From: Phoronis australis
Taxonomy: Eukaryota > Animalia > Phoronida
Direction of reading: 5' to 3'
Assembly (NCBI GenBank): GCA_002633005.1
Contig: NMRA01000386.1
Location: 85,373 to 149,372, forward strand
Length of the DNA: 64,000 bases
Within the stretch, counting starts at the first letter, position 1, and every line of letters begins with the position of its first letter. A program made the translations under genes and the position numbers. Below, piece after piece: positions 24,760-37,399 of this stretch. Below the pieces are notes generated by a model. The model did not search any database, was not told the DNA's origin, and saw only the letters and a program-made list of their open reading frames with translations.

Positions 24760-27700
24760 GCCATGGGCCGTAGCTCCAGTCGTTTCTTGATGTGACCATT
24801 TTAGGGGGGCAACTTGATTTTTTCTGTATGGCTATATATACCATTATCCAGTTGATACCTGAAAAGTTCCCACGTTTAAAGTTTCACATTTTTGTAGAAA
24901 AACAATTTTTTGTGAGTCAAAATGTTACATTATTGAACAAGAGGTAGCGCTATATCCAACAAAAGACTAGCATTTTAGCCAATCACAAGCTCTGAAATTA
25001 AGTAACTGCAGACCAAATCTAACATGGCGGCTCCCTTAGAGATGCTGTCAATAGATGCTGCATACACTTTCAAACACTAAATTCATCTGATTTGTTGAGT
25101 TTCTCAAAAGTGACATGGGCAAAGAGCATTGACTGTGTGAAAGAATGACTTTCCCTTGGAGACGAAGACAGTAATGAGCACAATCTTTGTCACCAGTTGG
25201 CATTTGCATCAAGTAACTTCAGGGATTGGCGTGGCCGTGGGTTCCAGGCAGTAGTATCACAAATCATGTTATACAAGCTTCCTGGCGTTGCAAAGATTGA
25301 AAGAGCAAAGAGGAAAGATTGCAAAAGTATAAAGTATGCCGAGAATGGAACCCCCTGATTACGACCAAGATGATGGTGAGAGTTAATTTTTTCCTGGGAG
25401 TATGATAAATTGATGAAAGTCACTGATTCAGTGCCTCGGCTCAGTAGGAAACAGGTCACTTCATACCCAAATCAACAGGTACCCAAGTCAAATTTCAAAA
25501 GTATTTCAAAACTATATAATTTGGCAAAGCAGTGATTAAAATCAACCAATCGTGCCATATTGATGGAAAACGACTCAATATTACGTGTTATTTAGTGAAT
25601 GAAAATGAGAATTTATTAGTTATGTTCTTAGCACGGGTAGGATTTGACTTGGGTGCGAGTTGGCTAAGGTATGAACTGACTGGAAAACCCTCATATGCAC
25701 AACTGGTAAAAAGACTGTGTTCCCTGGATTCTGTGTTTGGCCTGCTTGTGTTTGGATCGATCATCCAGATAATTCACTGAATAATCGGCCCGTGTGATGG
25801 CATTCAAATGCAGGTAGGGCACATAATCCAATAACAAGATGGCCATTTTCTTCAGTGTACATTTTTCCTTTCTCAGTAACCATAACTGTGGGCATGGTGT
25901 AAGATATCTATCAAAATTATATTTTTCGTAATGTCCAGGGCTGGGGGAGAGGTAATCTCCATACTCGAAGCTCAGCAGGAAAACTGACCAATTGCAAGCC
26001 ATAATTCTAATAAATTCACTTGAATTGTGCACTGTGGATAGTTAGGGTTTGAGTCTTAGTTTGAAGATTACACCCTGGGCCCAGGTGATTGGCCATCACT
26101 ATCATTATTGAAATCAAATAGATGTTGGAATGCCGTGCAGTTACCGATGAATAAAAATATAAAATAGGCCATAGCACATCTCTGACAAAGAGCGCATCTC
26201 TCAAAACGTGGGGATATTTTAATACATTTTACTACCGACACTCGTTGTTTAGTTTAACTAGTTCTGCTATAATGTAATTATTGACTAATGGATGCACCTA
26301 TATCTGGAGCACCACCTTTAACATTTTCAAGCTACTTTTACTCACAGGTTTTGCTAAAAGGCGCATAGGTGCCTGTATTTCAGATGTAGGTGCTGCTTCA
26401 CACATATGGTTGAAGAATAACACAGCACATAGCAAATATTTTGAGAACAGTCATTTTTGTTGAGTTTTTACTCATTCAACATAATTTGTTGTTGGTTTGC
26501 TTTCAAAGTAATTTTGTACAGTGTTGTCGGAACACTATCTTCGAAAGTTCAATCTACTTTTATGTGTTTTTTGAAATAACAATTTATTCGAGTGAAAGTA
26601 CAATTCAGAATTCTTGCCTGATTGTAAAGACTTATGTGCATATCTGAAATTGTATGTTAATTTTCAAACAAAAATTTGTTTTCAAGACCATTTTGCATAC
26701 AAACCCATGGGTATATCTTTTTCACTTTTGAGCACAACACGCTAGGCCGTGTATATGCATGTCTTATTTTGAGTGTTTACTATCTGTCTTTTGATCATTC
26801 TTTGTACTTCCATTCAGTTCTTGTAATAAAGAATTGAGTACATGTCAACATCTATTATTTTGTAGGACAGGCCTACAATGTTTTCCATATTTTTAAACTG
26901 TGACAACGATTTTTATTTTTAATTTGCTCGGTTGTAGGTGGGTTGTTTTTGGATGCTGCTATGGCAGGAAATGGCATGGACCTTTTGATCAGAGTACAGG
27001 GAAGAGATTTGGTAGCACTCGAAGTGAAATACCATCGTTCTTGCTAGAAAAGCTTCACAAGACTACTGACAAAACAGAAATCTAACAATAGTGAAATTTT
27101 CATAGATGTAGTTCAAGATTTTTGCTTTGAAGTTGTGGAACAACGAATAATCTTGCATGGGGGAAATATTGCATTTGACTCTGTTAAAGTCACTCCAAAA
27201 GGAAACTTTATCCAAAAGCGGTTGTAATGTATGTGTCCGAACTAGACATCTGACATTGAAATTACAGAGAATTTACCCTATTCTACAATTCCTTAGTTCA
27301 AAACGGAATCAGAGTGAGTTGTTGTTAAACAAACATTCGTTCTTCTGAAAATGCTGGACTATAATACACTGAAATGTGCAAGTGCCAAAACTGTGGGAAT
27401 ATCAATATTAGTGATGACATTGAGTCAGATGATGAGTAACAGTGTGATGGACTTGCATCCCAGCTGGAGGAACTTGGATAGACATCTCATCAAGAGACAG
27501 AAACCAGGCTAGTAACTGGTCCAGTGAGCCTGGTGATTTGTGAAACATTTTTCTATTTTCATATTTACATCTCTGGTAATGGCTTTTTATCTTGTTAATT
27601 CCTCGGCATTTTTGTACTTCATCCAATTGCATTTGTTGCTATTCTATACTTTTTGTCGTCATTTTTTGAAAAATTGTATGCTTTGGACTTGTAACAGTGA

Positions 27701-28178
27701 TTGTTTTTGTATGACAGATTAGTAAATGTGTGATAAAATGAAAGTGAGTCATAGACGGTTTGATAATTACAGTTTCACCTACAGTAAAAAGAGCATAAAA
27801 CACTATGAATGGTAGTTCCATATTTCACCAACAGGTGGCACCCATAAATTCATATTTCTTTCATAATTCTACGTTTTAATTGAAAAATATAACAAAGTTT
27901 GTGTTTATTATGACTTAATACCGCCTGTAGGAATATTATCTGCAGTATCATCCTTTATGGACACTTAATTTTCTTCTTTTCTAACTTTTTAATTCCATGT
28001 AAAATTTGCTGAATCGGCACAATTTTAACATCAAATTTCAAAAAAATGTGCAAGTTTAAACGTGGGAACTTTTTTGATTCATAAAGTACAATGATTTGTG
28101 ACATCAAATACACCTTAAACTAAATTGCCCCCCTAAAATGGTGGTTTTCTAGGCCTCCTGTTGCCTACGGCCCATGGC
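24760..28178 (+). mobile_element. 3.4-kb DNA transposon derivative with long imperfect TIRs (possibly Academ-related)
   Basis: Perfect 14-bp inverted ends GCCATGGGCCGTAG / CTACGGCCCATGGC, extending imperfectly ~130 bp (accattttaggggggcaa...aaagttcccacgtttaaa). An internal remnant at ~26940-27070 reads GRDLVALEVKYHRSC*. TSD not resolved. Confidence 0.65.
25446..25690. mobile_element. Small MITE nested in the 24760-28178 element
   Basis: Imperfect inverted ends gtcacttcatacc...caac and gagttg...ggtatgaactgac, plus internal acccaagtcaaat / atttgacttgggt. Confidence 0.5.
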
Positions 28179-28599
28179 CTATTACTGAGCGCACGCCCTG
28201 CTAAATTATCCGCTGTTATTTCCGACAAGTACGTGGTCTGGTAATCATGGTCGCCTGTTGTGTCGTCAAAATAACTTTAATACCAGAAACAGGTACAAAT
28301 AATGTGACCCCTCCTCTATTATAGTACGCAAGAAAATGTCGGAGTTGCGAATCTCATGTCCATAATCTATGGTTACTTGTTGTAGCACACGTGCGCGGGC
28401 TCCCTACACTGCGCAACTGGGCAGACTTTCACTCAGTGCACTGTTATTTATAAGTTAGTATACCCTATGAACAAATGTCTTCGTTCAAATGTCAAGCAAT
28501 GTTACATTGGTCAAACGTGTTGCAGTCTTTCCTTCGGTTATCTGGGCATTTTCAAAATGGCGTAATCTAAGATCATTTTTTTGCAATGTCACTAACATA

Positions 28600-29040
28600 A
28601 AATCACCCGTTAAGAAATCAACACGTCAACTTGGGACGTAGAGCACGATGTGCTGCAATTGAAAGTGTTAGAGTCCCTTTTGATTGCATTTGAGAAGCCT
28701 GTTTTGAATGAACAGCAAACAGGGTCGCGTGTAACTTTCCTTTTACCCCGTTCATTAGTCATTCTTTGCTGTATTTCACGCCCGCCGTGTCCCATTTAAA
28801 ACATTTGTAAAGACAGCAAGCAGATATGAATTCATGTCTTTTGTGTATTTTCATTATTCCAGTCTCCATATAAAGGTTTTCAATATTAATATCTCTAATA
28901 CTAGCTCCCAGAATAAGCCGGACAGCCCTATTTTGGATAACCTGGATGGTTTTCATATCCTTTTCTGATGCAACGCCCCACAACAGCAGGCAATTATTTA
29001 GATGAATTGTAGTGAAATGCAAGTACACTTGTGAGGCACC
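28600..29040 (-). mobile_element. CR1/L2-group LINE ORF2 C-terminal fragment
   Basis: HLNNCLLLWGVASEKDMKTIQVIQNRAVRLILG...LY resembles the post-RT Y...W......Q..QNRA.R.I motif. Confidence 0.7.
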
Positions 29041-30834
29041 CTGTGCATTATTTGCCCAAAACTACAAGAAACTGTGCAATCCGTCATGTTTAACCAAGGA
29101 TCTGAAACTCCCCCAAGGACCCTGGGGTTAAACACTTTCGAAAGAAACCTTCAAAGCATGAACTTAAGATAATGAATTTTCGCCACACTGAGCCATATTA
29201 AAATTTATCTTAGCTTTAGGGCCTGGGCTGGTGTAACTGTAGGTACCAGCCGACATGAGGTGCCTGCCCCAAGTGAAGGGGGTTGTTCCGAAATCGCCTA
29301 GACCCTACACCCTACCACTAGACTCGATCTAAACACAGAACAAGAAATGACTTGCAGGAAGAAGTCGGGCCATGAGCTTGACTGGCTTTACTCTGTTTGT
29401 TTTTGCAATTAAGAGAGCCGATTCGGCAAGTTTAAAAGCCAGAAGCAGAAAAAAACACACAGAAACAAATCAAATACTTACATACGTGACAAATGTCATT
29501 ACTGGCAAAATGAAATCGTATTGTCTCCTTTTCAGTAAATGGCAGATTTAAGCTTTTAGGAAGAGTGCGAGGAACCGATTAATATGTAATTTCTTCAGTA
29601 AATACAGTTTGAAAAACAAACTACTAAAAAGCAAGTATACAACAGAAAGTACATAACCAAAATGCGAAATTAGGTTCTTTCCCAAAGTTTATTTTAACAG
29701 GGCCATTGATAGCAGTTCGTGGAACTGTATCCGTGGCAACGATAGCATGCTCACCATTTCCTATTTCAATCACGTTCTCACGCTTTATCTGTTTTCAATA
29801 ACCAGAACTGAGCTAGAGCAGATTTGCGTGTACCTAAGTCTTTGGAAAAGTCGTTCAGCGACGTAATATGACTATGAAACGGGTACAAGCACAAAGATAC
29901 ATCTATTGTCACAGGTCGTTGGTCGAGAGGTTGTGGGTCGAGGGGGTTGTGGGTCGAGAGGGTTGTACGGTGTGGGGTTGGGGGGGGTTCGAAGGGGACT
30001 TAGAGCAATCCCTTACCCGCGGCTAACCTGGCTCATTCAATCCAATTTTTATTTTCACATCGTCAGTTGGCTTTAACTCTCAGCTCACCCATGCAGTTCA
30101 CATGAAACCGACAGCCCAGCTCCCAGACCTTAGGCCTCGTTCTCACTATCCGTTGCTCATAGCTGCTCAAACTCCGATGACTGACTCTCCGTGGTTTGAC
30201 CACCTCTTATGGTGGACGTGTTGGTCGATTCATAATTGGCAACATCCGGAGGCTGAGGGAGGGGTAGGGTGTGGTGCGATCAGAGACGGGCACAAAATTA
30301 GCAAAATCAAATTGTTTTGAGCCCAGCTGGAGTTTTATCCTTCTAGGTCCTGAACGGACTCACCCGCAAAGGTCTGCATTGATTCTACAACTGTGTAACA
30401 TTTATAACACATCGTCAAAGTTCTACCAAATCCCTTTAATCTTTTCTTTGTCGATTTAATATAGTTTAAAAACAAGAAGCTGCCTACATGTAGGACACCT
30501 TAAACATCTTTTGTACTAATATCCATTCCTTGGTCTAGCAAAACCAGGTTTGCAGGCTTTTAAACCACCTAAGTGCAATTCAAGTTATAGGTAAGTTTAA
30601 AATTAGATCTGGTTTAAGAAACAACTTGTCTTAAACCCTCACTTGTTGAACCTTCTCTATGAAATTGGCAGTTATAATCACAAAGGTAGACGTGTTGCCA
30701 AATGCCCTGAAGATGCAGAGACACTAAACGTTATGATCAATGTAAATTAATATGTTGCCTGTAATTAAGACGTAATGTGGACCAGAAGCCTGTTCACCTT
30801 AATCAACAAGCACACGCCTGAGCGGGCGCGCGTG

Positions 30835-30861
30835 CAAACACACACAGAAACACACACAAAC

Positions 30862-30915
<54 letters not shown>
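30835..30915. repeat. (CA)n microsatellite, partly interrupted
   Basis: Direct reading. Confidence 0.95.
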
Positions 30916-30916
<1 letters not shown>

Positions 30917-31102
30917 TATTTAAGTAACAGTTGTGACTTCCTTGCCAAAGTCACCGTTCATCTTTTACTTCACAGAAATTAAATCACCCAAAACTATCAA
31001 ATTACATACATGTATGCGACTTCTTAACTGGTGTAGTGTCAGCTACTTAACAGTAATCTGAGAGCATTGTGTGAATAGTTGCCAACGATTTGATTTCCTT
31101 AC

Positions 31103-31207
31103 GTCAGACTCTATGTTGTCATCGTCTCCATTCAGGATGTCACCTTCATGAGTGTTGGGGGCCAGACCCATCTCGTCCATGTTAATTTTACCAGTTGGAC
31201 CAAACCT
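31103..31207 (-). CDS. Astacin exon 2: propeptide with aspartate-switch motif
   Basis: Acceptor ctttcatatag|AGG, donor GAC|gtaagg; 105 nt, phase 0/0. Translates RFGPTGKINMDEMGLAPNTHEGDILNGDDDNIESD; HEGDI resembles the astacin FxGDI propeptide motif. Confidence 0.85.
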
Positions 31208-31420
31208 CTATATGAAAGAGAAAGATAAAATATTTGCAGAAACACCAATACAAGTGATAGAAAAGGCTGTGAGGTTGAGCAAGTTGTGCCGGTATGAGTA
31301 ACGAGGTATGGAGATTAGTGAGTTTATGAGTGACAGGCGTGAAGGTAGTGGTAGTATTGTAACATGGGGATTAGTGGGTGTATGTGTGACAGCAGGGTTA
31401 TTAGTGATAGTTTTGTAATG

Positions 31421-31525
31421 TGTTATGTATTTTCTAATAGAAACAAGCAGAAACATATATAAGAAATGTAAAATATATTGACAGGAATTAAGGGTGACGT
31501 CATAGAAAGCTATAACATCACAAAA
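31421..31525 (-). repeat. Gypsy 3' LTR (~105 bp)
   Basis: tgttatgtattttctaatagaaacaagcagaaacatat...gacaggaattaag...acatcacaaaa aligns with 35740-35860; preceded by AATG. Confidence 0.88.
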
Positions 31526-34500
31526 CCTGTCGGCCTTATTGAGTGAAAGCTTGTCTTTTTGTAAGTGTCTCAGACCTTCTCAAGTTGTATGGCCCATATT
31601 CATTTCCCGTAGGAAGTCGTGGGTTTGGGCGCTTCTTCTTTTTCGATTTTCTCGTTTGCATCTCTGTTGCCGTAGTTGAATTCTCTCCATTCCTTGCTTG
31701 TCTGTCATCTGTATCGGATTCTCCAATTAACAGAAATGTAGTATCTCCAGGATCTGTATCTTCTTCAGAACAATACCTTGGTCTCAACTGATCGATATGA
31801 CGATGCCAGACTCGACCACTTGGCATGACTTCCACTTTGAAAGAACGTAAACCAATATCTCGGGTCACAATAGCAGGTACCCAGCGAGGGTCCCTACTTT
31901 GACGAGGCCCATAGCACAAGGCATTACATGGCATTCCAATGGTACACATATGAATATTTGACACTGTTTGATCGTACTCAGCAATTTGTGGTTTTGCAGC
32001 ATTTCTTGACTGCTTCTTTTGCACTAGATGAAAAGGTAAATGAAGTAAGCTGTCTAGCTTACAACGAATTTGTCTTCCATTTAAGAGTTCTCTCGGGGAA
32101 TAACCAGAATCTTGAAGTGTACGACGACATTGCAATAAAAACTCTTGTAACGCTGCTTTTGGCGACAAAGAAGATTTCCGCAGAGATTGCTTGAAAGTCT
32201 GTACCAAACGTTCTGCAGCTCCATTTGTAGCTGGGTGGTAGGGGGCACCTGTAAGGTGTACAATACCACGTTCTTGGCATCAGGTCTGGAGTTCTTCAGA
32301 ATGAAATGTTGCTACATTGTCATTTACTAACGGGTGGAGTTAACCAAAATGCGCCAACTCTCTTGCCTGCAATGCCGTTGTTGTTTTTGTTGACAATGAA
32401 CATGTTGACTGTATACATGGGTTTTTAGAATACGCATCTACCATGACCAACCAGTTTGTTCCGAGAAAGTTTATGGCACGAGCAACAGGAACACGGCTCC
32501 ATGACTTTTCGGTTAGCATCCATGGTTGAATAGCTGCTTTCGATGATCTGTTTTGTTGTTCAGCACAAGCCGTGCAATGACGTACCAGTTCTTTAATATC
32601 CTCGTTAATATGTGGCCAATAAACCACTGTCCGTGCTAGGTGCTTCATTCTCTGCATTCCGAAATATCTAATATAAAGGAATACAAATCTAACACATGTT
32701 TTCGTGATTTCTTTGACATAACTATCCGTGTACCATGAAAAAGACATCCATCTTCTGTGCATGGTCAAGGTATCTTTCAATTTTCTGAAATATTTCAGTT
32801 CTTCGGAATCCATAGAAACGTGCCAACTTGCAATGTCATATCTCATTACTTTAGAAATGCCAGAATCCTTGCCAGATTCTTGATTAAGCAATTTAGAATT
32901 AACAGGGTCCAATTGTAGACTTATTTGCTTAACAGAACATACCACATTCACGTCTGCTTCTTCTTCCTCCCAGTCAAATTTTGGATCCTTACCGCAAGGT
33001 AAGCGATTCAATGCATCTGCATTAGAATGATCAGATGTTTTCCGATACTGTATTGTGTATTCATACTGGCTAAGATGTAACGCCCATCTTGTTAGCAGCC
33101 ATAGCTGGAACTCCTGTAGCTGATCCGAAAATAGAAACTAAAGGTTTGTGGCCAGTTATCGAAATGAAACTTCTTCTAAAAAGAAATTGGTGAAATTTCT
33201 TTTTGTGCGAGAAAAATTCCCAGAGCCTCACGTTGAATTTGACTGTAATTCTTTGAGTGTCCGTGAGAGACTCTCAGAGTTTTTGAAACATTGGCAATTG
33301 GACGTTCACTACCATCAGGATAGCGATGAAATAGAACGGCTCCAATCCCGATATTAGGAGCATAACTTGAAATTTCCAACTGTTGTTTTTAATCGAAATG
33401 AGCCAGAACGGCATCTGTACGTATTGTTTCTTTTAAACGCTGAAAAACTGCATTCTCCTCAGCTCCCCATTTCCATGGCACATCTTTGCGTGTTAAGTGG
33501 CTCAGAGGAGCAAACAAGGTACATAAGTTCGACATGAACTTTCCTTAAATTTGAAAAGATCCAAGGAACGAACGTAGATGGAAAACATCTGACGGGGCTG
33601 ACATTTTCAAAACATCATCCTCTGCATTACCTTTTTAAGGCCATCACGTGAAAGCATGTGACCTAAGTATTCTACACTTTGCTGACCAAATGGGCATTTT
33701 TCGAAGCAACACCTCATTCAATTGTCTTGCAAACGATGGAGTAGGTTTCGTAGATTCTGAAGATATTCTTCTGCCTTGCGACTGCTTACTGACATATCAT
33801 TCAAGTATACAACCACGCCATTAAATTTAAAGCGTTAGTTAATTTGTCCATGATGTCCTGGAAATAAACAGGGGCTGAACTAATCCCAAATGGCAATCTC
33901 TTTTGCAGAAGAATTCCACGATGTGTGGATAGTGCCAGAAGTCTCTGACTCTCCGAAGTTAATTTAATCTGATTATACGCATCAGCCAACTCGATTTTTG
34001 TGAAATAAAAGCCGCCACTGAGTTTTTGCGTAAGATCTTCAGGCAGAGGTAGCGGATGACGATGAGTTTCAAGCTGAGGACTTATCGTTGCCAAGTAATC
34101 TCCGAATGCTCTTAATTTCCGTTTACTTTGGCCAGGAAGCGGTGCTTTTCTTATAGAGACAATTGGTGTTCCATACTCGTTGAATTGTGTAGGTTCCCAA
34201 ATTCCACGTTTAATACCAGCATCATATGTCAGATTCAAGTTATCCAGTAATGCAAAAGGTACTGTTCGAGGTTTGCAAAATATTGGTTGGAGATCAGGCT
34301 TTAATTTATTATGTAATTCGAAACCTTTTAAACAACCCAGTTCAGGTTTGAATAGGTCTGGAAATTCATCGAACATGATTTTACACGCATTCTGAAACTC
34401 TACATCACTTTTCCTTTCCTCATGACAAACAACACCAACTTTGTCATTTTGGTTGTCATCACGCAAAATGGAATTCCTACAGAATGCTGTGAAATTAATC

Positions 34501-35716
34501 TTTGACTGTCGATCTGCCGTTCGGCCAACAATATTCAAATCGTGTTTGCTTGCTACTAATTCAATGCTTGCTGTATGCTGCGATTCGGACTGTAATGTTG
34601 CGTTTGTACTGAAAATTTCCAAAACTGGTAACGGTTTTTCAATCGCCCCGAAATGCTGACTGTCTGATGGAGATAAAACACGTTTTCCAAGTTTAAACCA
34701 AACCTTCTCTAAAACGAAATTGTCCGATGTTCCAGTATCTACGTCAAATGTCTGTTTTTGCCGTATATGTGAACAACAGTCTGAATCAGATCTCGATCCG
34801 AAATTAACTTTCTGTTCTGGCCTTGCTAAACACTGCTTACTTTATCCCTAGCCTTTCTTTTGCTTAGACACACAGCCTCTATATGACCTTTCTTGTGACA
34901 GAAACGGCATTAAGTCTCTTTAAAACGACAATCCATTTTTGCGTGGTCTTTTTTCCACAACAGGGACATGTTCGCTTTGGAAAATCCTTAAACTTCTGTG
35001 ATTTACCCTGCCCGCTTTCTTCCCTCCTTTTCTTTTGTAACTTAAGCACTGGATCTCCGTAAACCGTTTCTTTTGCAACTCTGGACGCTTCTTAAATTTC
35101 TGTCGCTAATTCTATGGCTTTCCTAAAAGATAATTCGTCATCTTTCATTTTGAAAAGAGCTTTTAGGACCGTTTCATTATTTATTGTACAAATAAATCTA
35201 GTTCGCAAAGGTTCATCGTGAGGATCCTTTATTGCTGGAAAATCGCATTTTGCAGAGTTTTGTCGAATATGAATTGCTGACTCTTGTATTGTCTCACCTG
35301 GCTGTCTTCTTGTGTTAGACCAAAATTTGAATCACTCTCGGACTACAAAATACTTCGAATCGAATTGATTCTCCATAAGTGCTGTAATTTCATCCATTGT
35401 CTGTTGATTGATATCCTTGGAAGGTGTTTGCTGCTCTGCTAAAGTTGCAAGCAAGTTATAAACTGTAGACGTCTGATTTGCCAAGAAAGTTTGTGAAAGT
35501 TTTTCCACAGGTATGGAGTGTGCCCCTGCAAATGTTTGGAATCTGGACCAATAGTCCTTCCAGAGTTCCACTGAACTGTCAAAAGCACAAAAGTTAGCAA
35601 AAATGTCGTCAGCCTGCTAGTGGTCATCTCAGCAAAACGCTGATGATTCTCTTGCTGTTGGTTGATTTGTTGTTGTAATAATGAAATAGTGCCAGCCAAC
35701 TCACCCATCTTTTTGT

Positions 35717-35734
35717 ATCCTGCCAACTACGCCG
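35717..35734 (-). other. Primer-binding site complementary to the tRNA-Ser 3' end
   Basis: The + strand reads ATCCTGCCAACTACGCCG against the metazoan tRNA-Ser 3' end ATCCTGCCGACTACG-CCA (16/18). It lies 5 bp inside the 5' LTR. Confidence 0.85.
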
Positions 35735-35739
35735 AAATC

Positions 35740-35860
35740 TGTTATGTTTTTTGTAATAGAAAGAAGCAGAAACATATGAAAGAAATGTAAAATACATTGA
35801 CAGGAATTAAGAATGACGTCCCAAAAGAATGACATCATAAAAAACTGCAACATCACAACA
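35740..35860 (-). repeat. Gypsy 5' LTR (~121 bp)
   Basis: tgttatgttttttgtaatagaaagaagcagaaacatat...gacaggaattaag...catcacaaca; followed by AATG. Confidence 0.88.
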
Positions 35861-37399
35861 AATGGGTGTATGTTTGACAGCAGTTGTGGTTGTGGTAGTA
35901 TTGTAATATTAGGATTAGTGAGTTTATGGATTACAGCAGTGATGGTAAGGGTAGTATACATGTATTACTATGGTGTTTAGTGGGTAACAGCAGTAATTTT
36001 AGCAGTATTACTTCATGACCTAAATTGGCATAAGCCCCTCGGGCGATAATTCTCCAAAATTCACTCGGGCTCTAGATAACGGGGGATAACGACTTCGCTA
36101 TGTAATAATCTATATTTACAAAGCACTCTGGTAAACAGGTCTACAAAATATGTTCATAGCTCTGCAAATTAGAAAAGCTGTGGCAGGGTCAAAATATAAA
36201 AGTAGACCAGGATAGTCAAGTCCCAATTTTGCAGATGATGACAGTTGAAGGCATTTGGGGGTAATGTGTTTCCTCGCGTGACACGTACACGTGCTTGTTC
36301 TCCTGCTGTACCACTTTGAGAAAATGAAATGTTCACATGTTGGATGAAATCAGACACTACGAAGAAACCAGTGTACATATCAGTCCCTGAGATTAACCAC
36401 AGAATGCGGCAGTTCCGCAGCTGCAAGCCTACAAGCGTTTCATGCAATAACAGCGTGTGACGCAGTTTCCCAGCTTCAGCGTCTTGAGCCTAAGAGATTT
36501 CGTGTTTAAACACTTAATTACAGTCGATCTGATCTTGAATTGTTGCCGAATAAGTCGACAACAAAAGCCAAAGGCAATGTTTAACGGAATTCTCAATTCT
36601 AGGGTAGTCTAACCTCAATATATTGAGTACTTCTATTGGGCTGTTGATGCTTTCTTTCAAGTGTTCATGTCGGTATGGGAAATGGAGTCCTATCACGGTA
36701 AGGAATATTATAAGACCTTCATGTCAGGGAAGGTCTAATTCTGTTTTCATATTTTACTCATGTCAACGAGGCGAATTACAGTTTACATATTATCTGCTTT
36801 TGTTTCCTGGCATAAAAAATGTCGCAAAATGGAAGTCTCCCATGATATTCACAAGGATAACATGTAGGTGGCGATCGATGACGTAATATCCGTTTTTAAC
36901 ATAGTAAACAAAAAATAGTTCATCGGTACGGCAACCTTCTATGGTGTAATGGTTGGATATCATTGTTGTCAAAAGTTTATGTAACAGAGCCTATGCAGGT
37001 GTCGACTTCAACAGTATACTAACCGAAAAATAATGCAGTTTGCCATTCTTGATGAGCACTTGTCTTTCGTGTTCTTTATGATCGTCGTCGCCAGCTGTGT
37101 CCCTCTACAATAAAATATCACATTTTACAGAATTTATTTATAAGTTTATTGGTAAGATCATTTACATCTTCGAGAATAGAGCGCAAACTTTACTTTACAG
37201 ACTGCAAAGTGCCAGGGTGCGCTCAGTAGACAATAGCGAGATCCGGCAAGACGGGCTTTGTCAGGTAATCTCGTACTAACAAAATAGCTTCCGCTGAATT
37301 GATTTAATCTGAGAAGCTGGAATGTTGAATTATAGGAGACGATTTCTCTTCCTTATTCCAAGATTATCTGTTAGCAAGTAATAAATCGTTACATTTAAA

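Larger units (their letters stand above)
31421..35860 (-). mobile_element. Full-length but pseudogenised Ty3/Gypsy LTR retrotransposon (Mag clade)
   Basis: LTRs at 31421-31525 and 35740-35860 (TGT...ACA) with TSD AATG on both sides. Gag (WKDYWSRF; two CCHC knuckles, including CRFCHKKGHIEAVC), protease DTG (~34735), RT (LADAYNQ, RLPFGISSAP), RNase H (GIGAVL.H...ERPIA) and integrase (C..C, WLVMVDAYSK, VQTFKQSL) occur in Gypsy order. Many stops and frameshifts. Confidence 0.95.

Noticed and set aside
29915-29970. Short ttgtgggtcgag(a/g)ggg repeats, echoed at ~58290-58345
   Set aside because: Three or four low-complexity G-rich units; most simply an ordinary minisatellite.
35717-35734. tRNA-Ser gene
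   Set aside because: Only an 18-nt match to the 3' end, next to an LTR and with no cloverleaf; it is a primer-binding site.
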